From Octopus vulgaris (taxonomy: Eukaryota): DNA of 64,000 nt. The notes beneath the pieces were generated by a model that saw nothing but the letters and a program-made list of their open reading frames with translations, made no database searches and had not been told where the DNA came from. Shown piece after piece: positions 26,190 through 40,559 of the stretch (its first letter is position 1; each line of letters starts with the position of its first letter). The position numbers and the translations under genes were made by a program. Where the stretch lies: assembly GCA_951406725.2 (NCBI GenBank), contig OX597821.1, positions 46,748,001 to 46,812,000 of the forward strand. Direction: 5' to 3'.

Positions 26190-27200
26190 TTATCTGCTTC
26201 GGCCATTGGCATGCAGCAGCCATGCTGGTTTTAGTCGAATAAATTAACCTTAGCCTGGTAAGTTATTGTATTGTCTCTTTTGTCGAACCGCTAATTTTCG
26301 GGAATGTAAACAAACCAACAATGGTTATCAAGTGGTGTTGTAGAACAAGTATAAATACACACACACACACATGCACGTATATACACACACATATATACAT
26401 ATATACTTGCACACACTCATATACACGTATATACACGCATATATACATATATACTTGCACACACACATACACACGTATATACACACATATATACATATAT
26501 ACTTGCACACACACACACACGTATATACACACATATATGCATATATACTTGCACACACACACGTATATACACATATATATATATATACTTGCACACTCAC
26601 ATACACACGTATATACACGCATATATACATATATACTTGCACACACACATACATACGTATATACACACATATATACATATATACTTGCACACACACATAC
26701 ACACGTATATACACACATATATACATATATACTTGAACACACACACATATACACACATATATACATATATACTTGCACACACACACACACGTATATACAC
26801 ACATATATACATATATACTTGCACACACACACACACACGTATATACACACACATATATATATACTTGCACACTCACATACACACGTATATACACGCATAT
26901 ATACATATATACTTGCACACACACATACATACGTATATACACACATATATACATATATACTTGCACACACACATACACACGTATATACACACATATATAC
27001 ATATATACTTGCACACACACACATATACACACATATATACATATATACTTCCACACACACACACACACACTCGCACGCTTGATACGCTTCCACATATAGT
27101 TTCCGTCTATCAAATTCCCTCCCAAGACATTGTTCGCGTAGTGGTACTGAACCCAAAACCACGTGGTTGCAAGCTGTGTTTCTTAACGACACAACTGTAT
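26190..27200 (-). mobile_element. Old family A SINE split by a ~700-bp minisatellite
   Basis: SINE 3' half at about 26190-26350 and 5' half at about 27085-27200. Confidence 0.65.
26360..27060. repeat. Minisatellite, ~40-48-bp unit TATATACATATATACTTGCACACACACATACACACG...
   Basis: The recurrent ACTTGCAC anchor appears roughly 15 times. Confidence 0.9.
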
Positions 27201-27588
27201 TTGTTAATAGCAATATTAAAAACAAAAAAAGCACGTGGTTGTTCTTGATGTGTAGACGCTGGTCAAGATTGACCAAGCAAACTTTGGATCAAAGATGTAA
27301 CAACCGTGACCATTCTGGTTTATTTGGGATTTTTAAGGACAACAACACTCAAGGTGTCCCATCCTTGGATCGAAATATCAGATAGCTTTTAGTAACTCTT
27401 CTATAATAATTCTATCCACATCTCCAGTATATTTCAGGGTATAGGACCCAGCTGAAATCTTAAAGATGTTCCCCACAAACCAGCGGTCATTTTAAACACT
27501 AAGTAGAAAATCGGAGCCTTAACATTCTGTAGTTTAGAGTACCAGCAAATGTAATGAAAGACTATGTAGAACAGTCACATATCAGGTA

Positions 27589-27971
27589 TACTCTTTTACT
27601 CTCTTTTACTCTTTTACTTGTTTCAGTCATTTGACTGCGGCCATGCTGGAGCACCGCCTTTAATCGAGCAACTCGACCCCGGGACTTATTCTGTTGTAAG
27701 CCCAGTACTTATTCTATCGGTCTCTTTTGCCGAACCGTCAAGCAATGCTAGGGGGACAAACACAGACACACAAACATAGACACGCATACATATACATACA
27801 TATATACGACGGGCTTCTTTCAGTTTCCGTCTACCAAATCCACTCACAAGGCTTTGGTCGGCCCGAGGCTATAGTAGAAGACACTTGCTCAAGGTGCCAC
27901 GCAGTGTGACTGAACCCGGAACCATGTGGTTGGTAAACAAGCTAATTACCACACAGCCACGCCTGCGCCTA
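27589..27971 (-). mobile_element. SINE family A with an internal deletion
   Basis: GCCGAACCG joins directly to TCAAGCAATG, skipping about 35 bp present in the other copies. Confidence 0.88.
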
Positions 27972-29009
27972 TGAAACCTTCCACTCAATATTTTCTAATG
28001 GAATTTATAAATATGTTTGGAAAGCTGAAATAAAAATAAGATCATGTTAAAATAATTGTTTCTAACTTTGGCACAGGGCTTAAAATTTTGTGGAAAGTAC
28101 TAAGTCAATTAAATTGTCCTTCGTACTTGATGGGTACTTTACAAGCCTTAAAAAAGATGAGAGGCAAAGTTGACGATACGAATGTATTGCAAACCCATTT
28201 AACATACCTTCGTATAATAGCACAACAAACTTAGCTGTTATACTTAAATCATATTCGCAACAGTTGACGAACAATAAAAATGAATTGTCTAAAATTTAAT
28301 AAGTGTGTTATGAAGTGGTGTGTATTTTACAGCAACTGGCCGTTGAAATGGATGTTAAAGGATTATCGGGATAATAAATTTACAGCCTGTCACTCATCAG
28401 CGACTGCAGAGATATCCTTATCCCAAAGACAAACCTTTAGATTGTTGATAACCGTTATATAACTGTAGATTATTCTTTAGAACGGTGGTAGCCTTTATTA
28501 TATCTGTTGCTTTTGGCTTAACATATGTTAAAACACGCTAATACTATATGAATCCACTAGTGGAAAATTCCATACGTTGAGCCAAAACCAACAGTTGTTA
28601 CCTACTACAGTGAAATAGTGCCAGGTTGATTTATACAGCTGGTGTAGCTGAAAACTTGTCTTAACAGGAAATTTCAGGGCTTGCCTTATATACCATAAGC
28701 GCTTTACACACCGACCGATACCCATTTGTTTATTCTATCGAACATCGAAAGGATGAAAAGCAAAGCTGACTCCAACAAGATCTGTTGTATAAAGGGCTGT
28801 GAAAAAAATTGTTCGATTTACTTACTGATTCTGCTAATCTAGCGTTTTGTATATTGTAGCGCTGTGAAGTTTTTGCCTAAAATTACGTTGCCATATCCTT
28901 TTAATACGTGGCCATATTACTTAGATTGCTCCTGCACAAATATCTTATACATTCTAACGACTCCGGACAACCTTCAGTCATGAAGAAAGCAAATATCTTC
29001 AACTTTAAT

Positions 29010-29190
29010 GTTTTTGCTGTTGTTTATTCCCAAGTCAGCCTTAATTGAATGATCAAAGATGTTCCAGTAGAGACCATCCTGTATTATTTTCAGACATAAG
29101 ATATACCTAAGATTAATCCAATAGCTTTTTCCTTTTATAAGATGGTGGGAAATGATTTGCGGAAGAATTGGCTGCTATTTCTAGCTAGTT
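29010..29190 (+). repeat. Old interspersed repeat (related remnants near 11470, 27240, 30050, 31120, 31440, 45440 minus, 52190)
   Basis: Shared degenerate motifs ..TGATCAAAG..TTCCA..GACCATC..AAGATGGT..TTGGCTGCTATTTCTAGC. Confidence 0.55.
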
Positions 29191-29414
29191 AGTCCTTACA
29201 GTAAGTAATTCCACTGATGATAAGTAAATTCAGCTTTTCGATCAACTGAATTCCATACCGAATTATAGGTAATTGGCTGATTATTCAACAGACACACTTA
29301 TACCATTGACGTATTCCGCAGACAGAACCCGCGGTACACAGTGAGAGACATCGACGGAATATTTTCAATTACAAATTCAGGCTGTGACATTGTATAACAG
29401 ATGGTTGGATCAGT

Positions 29415-29720
29415 AGCAGTAAATGACTAGGCAAGAAGTTTGCTTCCCAACCACATGGTTGCGGGTTCAGTACCACTGCGTAGCACCTTGGCCAAGTATT
29501 TGTGGATGAAACTTGGCGGACGGAAACTAAAATTGAAAGAAGTCTATCGTATTTTATGTAAGTGCGAGTCTGTGTCAGTGTCCCCTCCATCGCTTGACAA
29601 CCGGCGTTGGTGTTTTTACGTCCCTGTAACGTGGCGGTTCGGCACAAATGAAACAAAGATTTAAGACGATGCTCCGGCATGGCTGCAGTCGAATGACTGA
29701 AACGGGTAAAATATGAATGA
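29415..29720 (+). mobile_element. Older diverged SINE family A copy
   Basis: CCAACCACATGGTTGCGGGTTCAGTACCACTGCG head and ATCGCTTGACAACCG body. Confidence 0.7.
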
Positions 29721-30613
29721 TAAAAGATATGTTTAATGAAACCTGGTAGGAAGTCAAACTTAAAATATGAAGTTTGTGAGTTGAAACATATAAAAGCCAT
29801 TTAATGAAGATGGCAATACAACTCTTCAGTACATCACTGTTTTGTTGCTTTCGGTCATTGGGCTACAACCACACTGGGGCACCTCCTTGACTGGTTTTTA
29901 GTCAATCATATTATTTAAGACTCACCACTCTTTCTTCTCTCTTGATTGTATGTCGAAATGTGTATGGATCGGCCTCATGTTTCGTCCCTCCCATAGCTTG
30001 TATATAGAAGTGGGTGACAAATTTACAAAGGTGTGTTGCTCTTGTTCTTGTTGAATCAGTTAGACATCTAAGGTATTCCAGTCGTGTCCCTTCTTTACAA
30101 GAGCATTGAGGACCACATTGTATAAACTAGAGTGCCAATTGTTTGCTATTTCAAACAGGTTGAGAGGCTCCTTCGTTGCTCCGTTGGCATTATTAAGTAC
30201 CAGTTATATTCTAGGTTTGAATCATTTGATTCTATATCTATATATTGGCTTTTAAAAATTGAATTGGTGTCGAGTGAACAGAAATATTTATCTCACCATT
30301 CTATTACTGGAAGAGCGCTGGGTTGGTGGTGGAGCACTTGAAGACACACGGGCAGAGGAGAAAATCACGTACAGCAACATACACATAGACACACAGACAC
30401 AGATAGAAACACACACACACACACATACACACGCACGCACACACATACGACTTACATACATCAGAAGCAAAATCACACACACAAACACTCATGCACGCAC
30501 ACACACACACACACACTCACACACACACACATACGACTTGCATACATCAGAAGCAAAATCACACACACAAACACTCATGCACACACACACACGCACACAC
30601 GCACACACACACT

Positions 30614-30654
<41 letters not shown>

Positions 30655-31044
30655 GCACACACACACATACACACACATGCACACACACACTCACACACTG
30701 GGGTCACCGACACTCAGATAAATACACACAATCTTATACAGTGGAATGACATAGACAGCGGAATCACAGATATAGACTCAAGAACACACACACACAGAGG
30801 AAAGTTAAATGCATATACACACACACGCACACATCTACATAGTGGACTGATATACAAAGGCAGTGCACTTCCATACCCATACACAGAACGACAGGCATAC
30901 ACAGCAGATTGCCAGACACACAGACACAATATCTTACACTGTATGCTTTAATACTTCTACTGCTCCGAACCGATATTAGAGATGGCGTGTGTTCGTGTGT
31001 GTGCGAGAGAGAAAGGACATAGAGAGAAAGAGAAAGAGAGAGAA

Positions 31045-31096
<52 letters not shown>

Positions 31097-31425
31097 TGTG
31101 TGTGTGTGTGTGTGGTTAATGTCGTTGCTTAGCCCCAAGTCAATCCTGATTAAACAAACCTATGATCAAAACCATTCCATCCGTGACCATCTTGTTTTCT
31201 TTCCATGCTACTGTAAACGCAGGACCATAACAGCTAACGTATCTTCTCTAAGATGGTAGGGTGTGAATTGGGATAAATTTGACTGTTATATCTAATAGAC
31301 TTAGCGACTACCTAAATGCTTTTCTCGGTTCGGTGTCTTTGGTTTCAGTTCTTAGGGTAAAACAAATATAAATACTATGCTGACCATCACACACTATTGA
31401 AGATATAATTATATATGTCTTAGTA

Positions 31426-31466
<41 letters not shown>

Positions 31467-32187
31467 ACCCTCTCGATTTTACTAGGTGTAAGGAACACAG
31501 GGGCACATAGTATAATTTAAATTTCTAAGATGCAATGGAATGATATGGGTAGATTTGGCTGTTATTTCTAGCAAATAAAGCAAAGCAACCCCACTAAATG
31601 GTTTCTTCGTATGTGTATATATGAATGAGCGTACCACAAAACAAGTGAAATAACAAGAAAATATTGGTCTCTGATATACTCAATGACAAAAGTGAATAAG
31701 GTTGGTGTCATTTTGGCCTCCTTATGTTCTTTAATACGTTGTTGATATGGAAAATAGGTCATACTCAGCTGCTATGTAGACGACACAAATGTGATGCTTG
31801 AAGTCAAGGAAAATGAAGACGTGTAGGTGATCCAACAAAAGTTAGATTTTTATATACGATAGCGTCGATGAAAATATAACCAGCATCACAGACACATATC
31901 AGCTAACCAGACGGTTTTCCAGTCAAATGGTTCCGTATATTCAAATTCTCAACCTGGTAAATTGGGATGCGAGTGGTATTTTCCAGTACAATCTGAGTTT
32001 GTGCGAGAAGAATTTGGAACGCGAAAAATCTTTGAAAGCCCATCGTGCACCTGTGTCAGTGTCTGTGTGCATGTACATGTGTGTGTGTACGTGTACGTGT
32101 GTGTACGTACGTGTGTGTATCGAGAAAAAAGAAGGCAGCCAGAATTTTGGATAATTCTTTATTATTAACGCTTTCATTCGTTTAAAC

Positions 32188-32475
32188 CAGTGGTTCCCAA
32201 AATGGGTGGTATTACTTCCCAGGGGGCAGTGGAAAGTTCCGAGGGTGGGGCTGAAGAAATGTGGGGTAGTAATGAGTAGCAATTCATGTAAAAAGTGGGA
32301 TGCTGTAAAAACAACAAAATAATTGGTTCATTAGATAAAGTTTTGTGAAATACTGTTGCTTTGAATTTGCTTCAGAAAGAGGTGCATGTGTGTGACGATT
32401 AGTTGGGGTGGGGGCGCTAGGAATGTGGCCTGGGTTTCAAGGGGATAGCAGCCCCAAAAAGTCTGGGAACCATTG
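32188..32475. mobile_element. hAT (Charlie-like) MITE
   Basis: TIRs CAGTGGTTCCCAAA / TCTGGGAACCATTG; 8-bp TSD GTTTAAAC at 32180-32187 and 32476-32483. Confidence 0.9.
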
Positions 32476-32594
32476 GTTTAAACGAACTCTTCACGATAAG
32501 AACTAAAATCAAAATGATTACGATAAAAACTATGTGATGTTTTTAGCAAAGATGGGGAAAAAAGATATATAGACAGACAGACAGACAGACAGTC

Positions 32595-32657
<63 letters not shown>

Positions 32658-33198
32658 TAGTGAAAGGGGGCGCTTTTCAATTACATTGTTTATTTTAGAG
32701 ACAAGATAGGAAAAAGAAAAAAAAGTCACATTATTAACATTGGAACTGCATTCAGAAATAACAGTAATAGTATAAATATTTCCTCTTCATCCATCATCAT
32801 AACTGTTAAAAAAGTAATAATAATAAAATGATCTTGAAGAAGCACTCTTGATGGACACCAGAACCCTCTAGCATACATTGATGTCTCTTTCCAAACCTTT
32901 CGACAAAATGTGGTTCTCCTGCTTCTCTTTCAAATATTTAATTTTGGAGAGAATTTTTTGAAGAAGTGTAGCGCCATAGCTTTTCGGAACTTTTGAAAAT
33001 TTGTAAAATTTGTGAAAGGGGAATATTTTGAATTTTCCTTTATCGCATATTTCTAGAATATAGAATACAATCATCACCCCATAATACCAAATACCCTAGA
33101 TGGATGAATACAAGGAAAGAAAGAAACCATAATATAAATAATCATCATGGAATCTCAAGAAACTCACGATTTACGACCAACAATTCCAAACATCTTAA

Positions 33199-35150
33199 AT
33201 GGCCCAACATACAAAGAAGAAAACAGAACCTATAGACAACGAAATATGTACAAAGAACATGAACCATCCTCTCACCTACGAAGGAACCAGAACCACGGAA
33301 ATGGAAAATGAAAACACAGTAACACAATTCCTTTTTAGGGAGAAAATACCACAATCGCGCACCAGACCCGACGTAACAGAAATTTTTAATGAGTACACAG
33401 AACATAGAGACCCTAAAATCATAAATTTGTCAAATAGAAACCTTAACAAGAATGAGATGAATCTCCTATTGAGAGGTTTCAAATTTACCCCTACACCTAC
33501 CCCTAATCTCATTGAACTAATAATTGATATTGAGAATTTTAACCGTCACCTCCTATTTATAGAATTCTTTGGCAATAAGAATATAAGTGACGTATCAATT
33601 GTCAGAAATAAATCCCACTTCACCCGCTGCGAGGGGAATGACAAAAGTTTAGACGCATATACAGACACAATTTCGAAATTTCCCCTAAGTACCCGTAAAT
33701 GCAAACAGAATTTTCGTGAAGAAGAAAAGGAAGCCTTACTAATACTGAAAAATGACAATTCAGTCATCCTAAAAGAAGCTTATGAATGAGGGGCGATAGT
33801 AATTATGGAAAAAAATACTACAATAAAGATAAAATATTGGAAATTCTAACAGACCAAACTTATAAGGCAGAACCAAGACACCTGGAAAAAGCAATAGTGA
33901 ATAAGATCAAAACACTAATTAATGAATACCAAGATTCTGTCACAGAGGAGAAAGATTATTTATGCAAAAGATAACTTCTACAGTTTACTCAAAGTCCACA
34001 AAAGCACCGAAATACAGAGAGCCATAAATGAACAGTGGAACCAATTCCTAAAAATACTAAGACCTACTGCCCTCAAATTGAGACCAATAGTTTCTGGACT
34101 TCAAGCCCCAACACAACAATTGAGTAATCTTTTGGATATACTCCTCAAACCTTTATGCCCATTAATACCCAGTTATATACGGGACGACATGGATTTCCTC
34201 CAGCACATTCCACCCACTGTCACAGAAGGTACAATACTTAAAAGCTTTGGCGTCACCAATCTTTATACCAATATCCCTCACACTTAGGGCCTGGAAGCAA
34301 TGAAACATTGGATGGCAAAACAGAGTGGGCGGACAGACTAACGCTTCAAAACGGAATTCATTACCAAGACCACTATCTGTACAATAGTGATTGATCCCAA
34401 AATGAGTCAAATCCGATTGGATGAACTCAAAGCTTCCTAACAATACAGAAATACCCGTTTAATAAACGATGGAATTAAAAAGGCAATGAAACTAAACATC
34501 ACACAACTGAGAACATCTGAGGAAAAAACTAATGAACACACGATGCCATTTATCAATACCCATGATCTTGGGGGCAACCAACATTTTTCACATTATAAAG
34601 TCAAACTTTCCAATACTTCCACAAAGCCCCAAAATGAAAAATTTGATTAATGAAAATCTCTTACGAAATAGTAGACGCCAGCCAAAGAATCTCAAAAACA
34701 CCTCACAGGGGCAAAATTCACATCAGTGAATGAATCAGAATTCTCCGTAAAAGAATGTGGAGATATCAGATGTGGAACATACAACAACAACAGCTTCAAA
34801 TATTTAAGAAAGTGATTCTTACATTCAAGAGCGGATTATCATTCAAAATAAATGCAGATATGAACTGCAAAACACAGAATCTTGTCCCAGCATTACTTAT
34901 CCCAGTTGCGAGGAGTACAATACTGGCGAAACAAACAATTCCCTTTGCCAACGTGCAAGAATCCACCGACAACACATCCGACAAGAGAAACTACGCACGA
35001 TTCTGCTGAGCAAGCATCTAGAAGTATGTGGTGAAGGAAAATTCAAAATATTCCCCTTTTACAAATGTTCAAGAGATGACCCAAAGTTCTGAAAAGCAAT
35101 GGAGCTACACTTCTTCAAAAAATTATCTCCAAAATTAAATATTTGGAAGA
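33199..35150 (+). pseudogene. Penelope-type reverse transcriptase plus GIY-YIG endonuclease, frameshifted and internally deleted
   Basis: KIINLS..LLRGFKFTPTP; degenerate KEA(DKG)GAIVIM; LKVHK..LRPIVSG..LSNLLD..SYIRD..FGVTNLYTNIP; Cys-rich linker ECGDIRCGT; GETNNSL..RIHRQH..SKHLEVCG..MELHFFKKLSPKLN. The catalytic YxDD region appears deleted near 34370. Confidence 0.88.
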
Positions 35151-35393
35151 GAAGCAAGAGAACTACATTATGTCAAAAGGTTTGGAAAGAGACATGAATA
35201 TATGCTCGAGGGTTCTGGTGCCCATCAAGAGAGCTTCTTCAAGGTAATTTTATTATTTTTTTTTAACAGTTATGATGATGGATGAAGGGGAAACATTTAT
35301 ACTACTACTGTTATTTCTAATGTAGTTCCAATGTTGGTAACGTGACGTTTTCTTCTTCCTCTTTTGTCTCCAAAACAAGCAATGAAAAGAAAC

Positions 35394-35484
<91 letters not shown>

Positions 35485-35562
35485 CTTTCCCCCTTCTGTG
35501 CTAAAACCGTAACATAACAGAAGTAGGAAACACTCTGTTTCTATCGTAATCATTTTGATTTT

Positions 35563-35618
35563 AATTCTTATCTGGAAGAGTTCGTTTAAACGAACGAAAG
35601 TGCTAATAATAATGAATT
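35563..35618 (+). ncRNA. Degenerate hammerhead ribozyme in the Penelope pLTR
   Basis: CTGGAAGA, then stem II palindrome GTTCGTTTAAACGAAC, then GAAA GTGCTA. The inverted copy reads CGTGAAGA...GAAAGCGTTA, implying an ancestral CTGAAGA...GAAAGCGCTA. Confidence 0.55.
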
Positions 35619-35923
35619 ACCCAAAATTCTTACTGCCTCCTACGAAGACACACACACACATCACAGATATGCATACGCAAAAAAACAATCATGTGAGTCG
35701 ATGTGTTTATGAGATATGTATGAGTATATGTATCTCGTTGTCGTTAAACAGCGAAATATACAAGAATCGTTGTGAGCCAAAGAACCAGTAGGCAGAGTTG
35801 CATTAATTGGTTAGAGTAAACCTGTAATCAACTTATATAAGTTATGAAATGAAGAAAATGTTTGTGTGTATGTGAGTCTGCCTCTAAATGTGTATATGTG
35901 TGTGTGTGTGTGTATGTACTTAT

Positions 35924-36645
<722 letters not shown>

Positions 36646-36884
36646 AATTGAGATTCAGAAAATGGATATGTGGCATTAATATGATTTATTAACTGCAAAA
36701 ATTCAACATATTCTCTTACAAATTCTCTTACAGCTCTTTCGATTTTGCCCAAAGATTAAATTCCGGTAATTAAATCATTGGGCAAACTCTCATCAGAAAA
36801 AGACATACCGTTAGGTTATTACATTTTACGTTTCCAAATCATCTCAACAGGGTCTATTTAGATCATATGTATATATGTATGTGA

Positions 36885-36917
<33 letters not shown>

Positions 36918-36970
36918 TGTATGTATGTATGTATGTATATGTATATATACATATATATATATACATACAC

Positions 36971-37001
<31 letters not shown>

Positions 37002-37046
37002 TAGCAATAATAATTCTCTAAAAGGGATATAGACAGTAACTGCTCG

Positions 37047-37336
37047 ATAACATAAGGGACTAAAGCCATCTGAATATGGCTAGGGACAGGGCAGGGTGGT
37101 GGGGGTGTTACTGTTGCATTTAGCCCCAGGCGAACATCGACGTCACCAGAAAGGCTCGACACCGTCACGGTGCCCTTAACCTGCAAGGAATTACCTCCCT
37201 TTGCAGGTTAAGGGCACCGTGACGGTGTCGAGCCTTTCTGGTGACGTCGATGTTCGCCTGGGGCTAAATGCAACAGTAACACCCCCACCACCCTGCCCTG
37301 TCCCTAGCCATATTCAGATGGCTTTAGTCCCTTATG

Positions 37337-37340
<4 letters not shown>
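37047..37340. repeat. Perfect inverted repeat, 140-bp arms (37047-37186 / 37201-37340), 14-nt spacer
   Basis: The ORF track shows an identical peptide on both strands; I saw no mismatches between the arms. Confidence 0.95.
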
Positions 37341-37396
<56 letters not shown>

Positions 37397-37734
37397 GTGT
37401 GTGTGTGTGCGTGCGTGCGCGCGCTCGTTTGCGTGAGCAAATGTTTATGCAAGATTATTGGAAGTATTTTCTACGTTCGTTGACATACAAGCGAGAAATG
37501 CCAAAAACTAGGTTGTGCTCCGAGATTCTTGTACTTCGCTCTTCAAACTTTTGCACCAGGAACAGAAACAGCATTGATTTGATATTCGAAACCTAATAAA
37601 CATATAAATAGTTTGCAACTTATTATGATTAGAAGTTTTTATCATTTTAGGAGTGTGATAGCGAGAGTTCGATCACATCTCTGCGTCCAGTTGATTTAAA
37701 ATGATCTGGAACTTTGGAGCATACGTTCCTCACC

Positions 37735-38550
37735 ATGCCCCAGGGAAGGTCCCCGAACACCTCCTTGATCTTGCCTAGAAGATAACAGTTTACTCAAAGT
37801 AGCTGCCCCCAGCTTCCACCACCGCCCCAAGACGGCTCCAAAATTTGGCACATGCGTTCTGCACTGTGTCCCAGGGAAGATCCCCGAACACCTTGATCTT
37901 GGTCACCAACTCGGCCTTGATGTTATAGGCAGAGCTGTTGATGTCTCTCTCAACTGCGTCCCACACATAGTAAACTATGGGATTACAATTGGAGGAACTC
38001 GCAGGCCAGAAATTGAGGCAATTGAAGTCGTCCAAATCATGTCAACCACTTCTGACTCTTTCCGGAGGTAGGACAAGAAGCCGAATCTCTCTGCAATACA
38101 TATGGACTTCCAGCAGCAATTCTCTCCTCCCAGATTTTTTACCACAGTCTCCAGCAGTTTCACATTGCCGTCTGTATTAAGCCCGAGGTCCTGTTCATAA
38201 GTTTTGGATGAATTCCGGCGTGCAGACTCAATAAGAACACCGGCTGTGTCCATTTCAGCTGGCCACGGTTTCGTAATCTCCTTTACAGTTATCCATGTTA
38301 CGTCTTACAACCTTTACAGTGTCCACAGAGTATTGTGCAGCCTTCATGATGTCGGCATTTTGAAACCCGACCCGTATCATCATGATACAGGTAACTCTTT
38401 TCCAATATTCAGATGGCTTCCAGTCCTGTGTGTCAGCTAACTTTTATTCAACTACAACTTTAATATTTATGCTTTTCAAAGCTGTTGACCAATGCCTCAA
38501 GCTGTTACTGAAAAACGGAGACATAAAAATTGGTCAAATTTACCCCGAAG
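37735..38550 (-). mobile_element. Decayed Tc1/mariner-superfamily (maT/DD37D-like) transposon
   Basis: FWPASSSNCNPIVYYVW..ACAKFWSRLGAVVEAGGSYFE resembles WPPSSPDLNPLDY..ACxxFRxRLEAVVEAxGGYIE; short internal duplication at 37740-37773 / 37871-37902. Confidence 0.7.
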
Positions 38551-38590
38551 ACTCCGTCTCTCTCTCTCTCTCTCTCTCCCTCTCTCTCTC

Positions 38591-38643
<53 letters not shown>

Positions 38644-38680
38644 ACATATATATATATACATATACATACACATACATATA

Positions 38681-39929
38681 TTGGTCATCCCATAAATAGT
38701 GCGGTTTTTTCAGTTGCATGTACTAAAAGTTGAAGTGGAACAGGATAAACTACCTGCATCAACTTGCTATGAATGCAGGTACTAATTTTATCTTGTGTTT
38801 ATTCTTAGTGTAAGTTTTGAAGAGTGCAGATCGATTTTAACAGTTATTTTTTCAAAGTGATAATCGAAGTGACAAATGAGCATATTCAGCATGTTTTACT
38901 TTATGAGTTCAATAAAGGCAACGGAAAGTGCGAGGAATATTAATGCAGTAAATGGAGATCGGACAATAAACGTAAGCCAGTGTCAACGGTGGTTCCAGAA
39001 ATTTCGAGCCGGAAACTACAACCTAGAAGACGAGCCTCGTTCTGGAAGATCTGTAGAGCTCGAATAGGACGCTCTGGAAACTCTGGTGGAACAAAATCCG
39101 ATTGTAACCGTTGAGGAACTGGCAGAGAAGCTTGGATTTGGTCATTCAACTATTCATCGACACCTGCGTGCCATCGGAATAGTCAGAAAAATTGGGTCAA
39201 TGGGTTCCTCACAAACGTTCCCAGTCTAATCGTGCGCTGAGAGTGAAGGTGTGCTCTTCCTTGCTGTCACGTCTCGGGAATGAACCTTTTTTAGACCGAA
39301 TATTGACTGGTGAGGAGAAATGGGTTCTCTATAAAAATGTTAAGCGCCGAAGATAGTGGGTAGGGAAAAGAGAAACAGCGGCATCCCAGCCTAAAGAAGG
39401 TCTTCATCTACTTAAGGTTTTGTTATCTGTTTATTGAGATATGAAAGGTTTAGTCGACTTTGAACTTTTAAACCCAAACCAAACGATAACAAACGAGATC
39501 TACTGCGAGCAGCTTGCGCATCTAAAGTCAGCGCCAGAAGAAAAGTGACCATATTTGGTTTCAAGACGAAAGGTGTTCTACCAGGATAATGCTCGGTAAC
39601 ATATAGCGAGGATGATATTCCAAAGGCTGGAGCAGTTTGAATGGGAAACGATGTCTCATGTACCATATTCGCCGGACATTGCCCCATTTGATTATCATTT
39701 ATACCGCAGTCTTTAAAATCATTTGGAGGGAAAATATATGAATTCTGTAGACGAGATCAGAACAGGATTGGAGGAGTATTCTCGTCACGGACAAGTGAAT
39801 TTTGCAAGTCTGGAAGAGCATTGCAAAAAATGAAGGCGATCATATTTTAGATTAAAAACGATTTTTGATTATCCTAATTTTGAAAAATAAAATATGTATA
39901 AAAAACCCCATTATTTATGGGTGACCCAA
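38681..39929 (+). mobile_element. Full-length decayed mariner (DD34D) transposon
   Basis: About 1.25 kb; TIRs TTGGTCATCCCATAAATAGTGCGGTTTT / AAAACCCCATTATTTATGGGTGACCCAA; TA flanks; WFQKFRAGNYNLEDEPRSGR, WVPHK, LTGEEKWVLY and YSPDIAPFDYHLYRSL motifs; stops and frameshifts. Confidence 0.93.
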
Positions 39930-39938
39930 TACACACAT

Positions 39939-39988
<50 letters not shown>

Positions 39989-40559
39989 TATATAATATAT
40001 ATATATATATGTATACATGTATGTATGTACGTATGTATGTATGTATTTATGTATGTATGTATGTATGCATGTATGTATGTATGTATGTATGTATGTTTGT
40101 GGGTGGGTACGAACTTGAAAAACACACAACTCAATGCCGCTTAAAACTGATGCTGGTTCCTGATTTTTGTCCTCCTGAAAGTAAATTCTCATATTTTTAC
40201 TGACCACTATTTTGGAATTCTGTCATGGCAGTCTAAAGAACGGGGTAAGGTGGCAGTCTGAGTTTGTTTCAGGGGAATAAATTTATTTATTATACTTACA
40301 TGTATACATGCATACGCACATGCATATGTGTGCCTGTGTGACGATACATATGTGCGCATATGTATGTGTGTGTGCGTTTGTGATTGTATGTGTGTGTCTA
40401 TGTATGTGTGGTTGTGTGTGTGTGTATGTGTGTGTGTGTGAATATGAATAGCTGTAACTGTCGCCTTCATTACTATCAACCAGTCTGTGAATGCATAAGC
40501 GGTGATTAGTGCTGTAATGCTTAAAAATACGTCCCTTGAAAGTCTTTCGCCAAGCTCTC

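Larger units (their letters stand above)
32121..35650 (+). mobile_element. Penelope-like retroelement (Neptune/Naiad-type), decayed, with an inverted 5' pseudo-LTR
   Basis: 32131-33057 (minus a MITE insertion) is the reverse complement of 35017-35640; internal RT and GIY-YIG remnants. Confidence 0.88.

Noticed and set aside
26263-27276. 337-aa ORF, or a CRISPR-like periodic array
   Set aside because: It is a minisatellite with no unique spacers, no cas genes and a eukaryotic context.
37201-37340. Pistol- or HDV-like ribozyme in the palindrome arm (GGTTAAGGGCACC; GGGGCTAAATGCAA)
   Set aside because: The loop and pseudoknot sequences do not fit either consensus.
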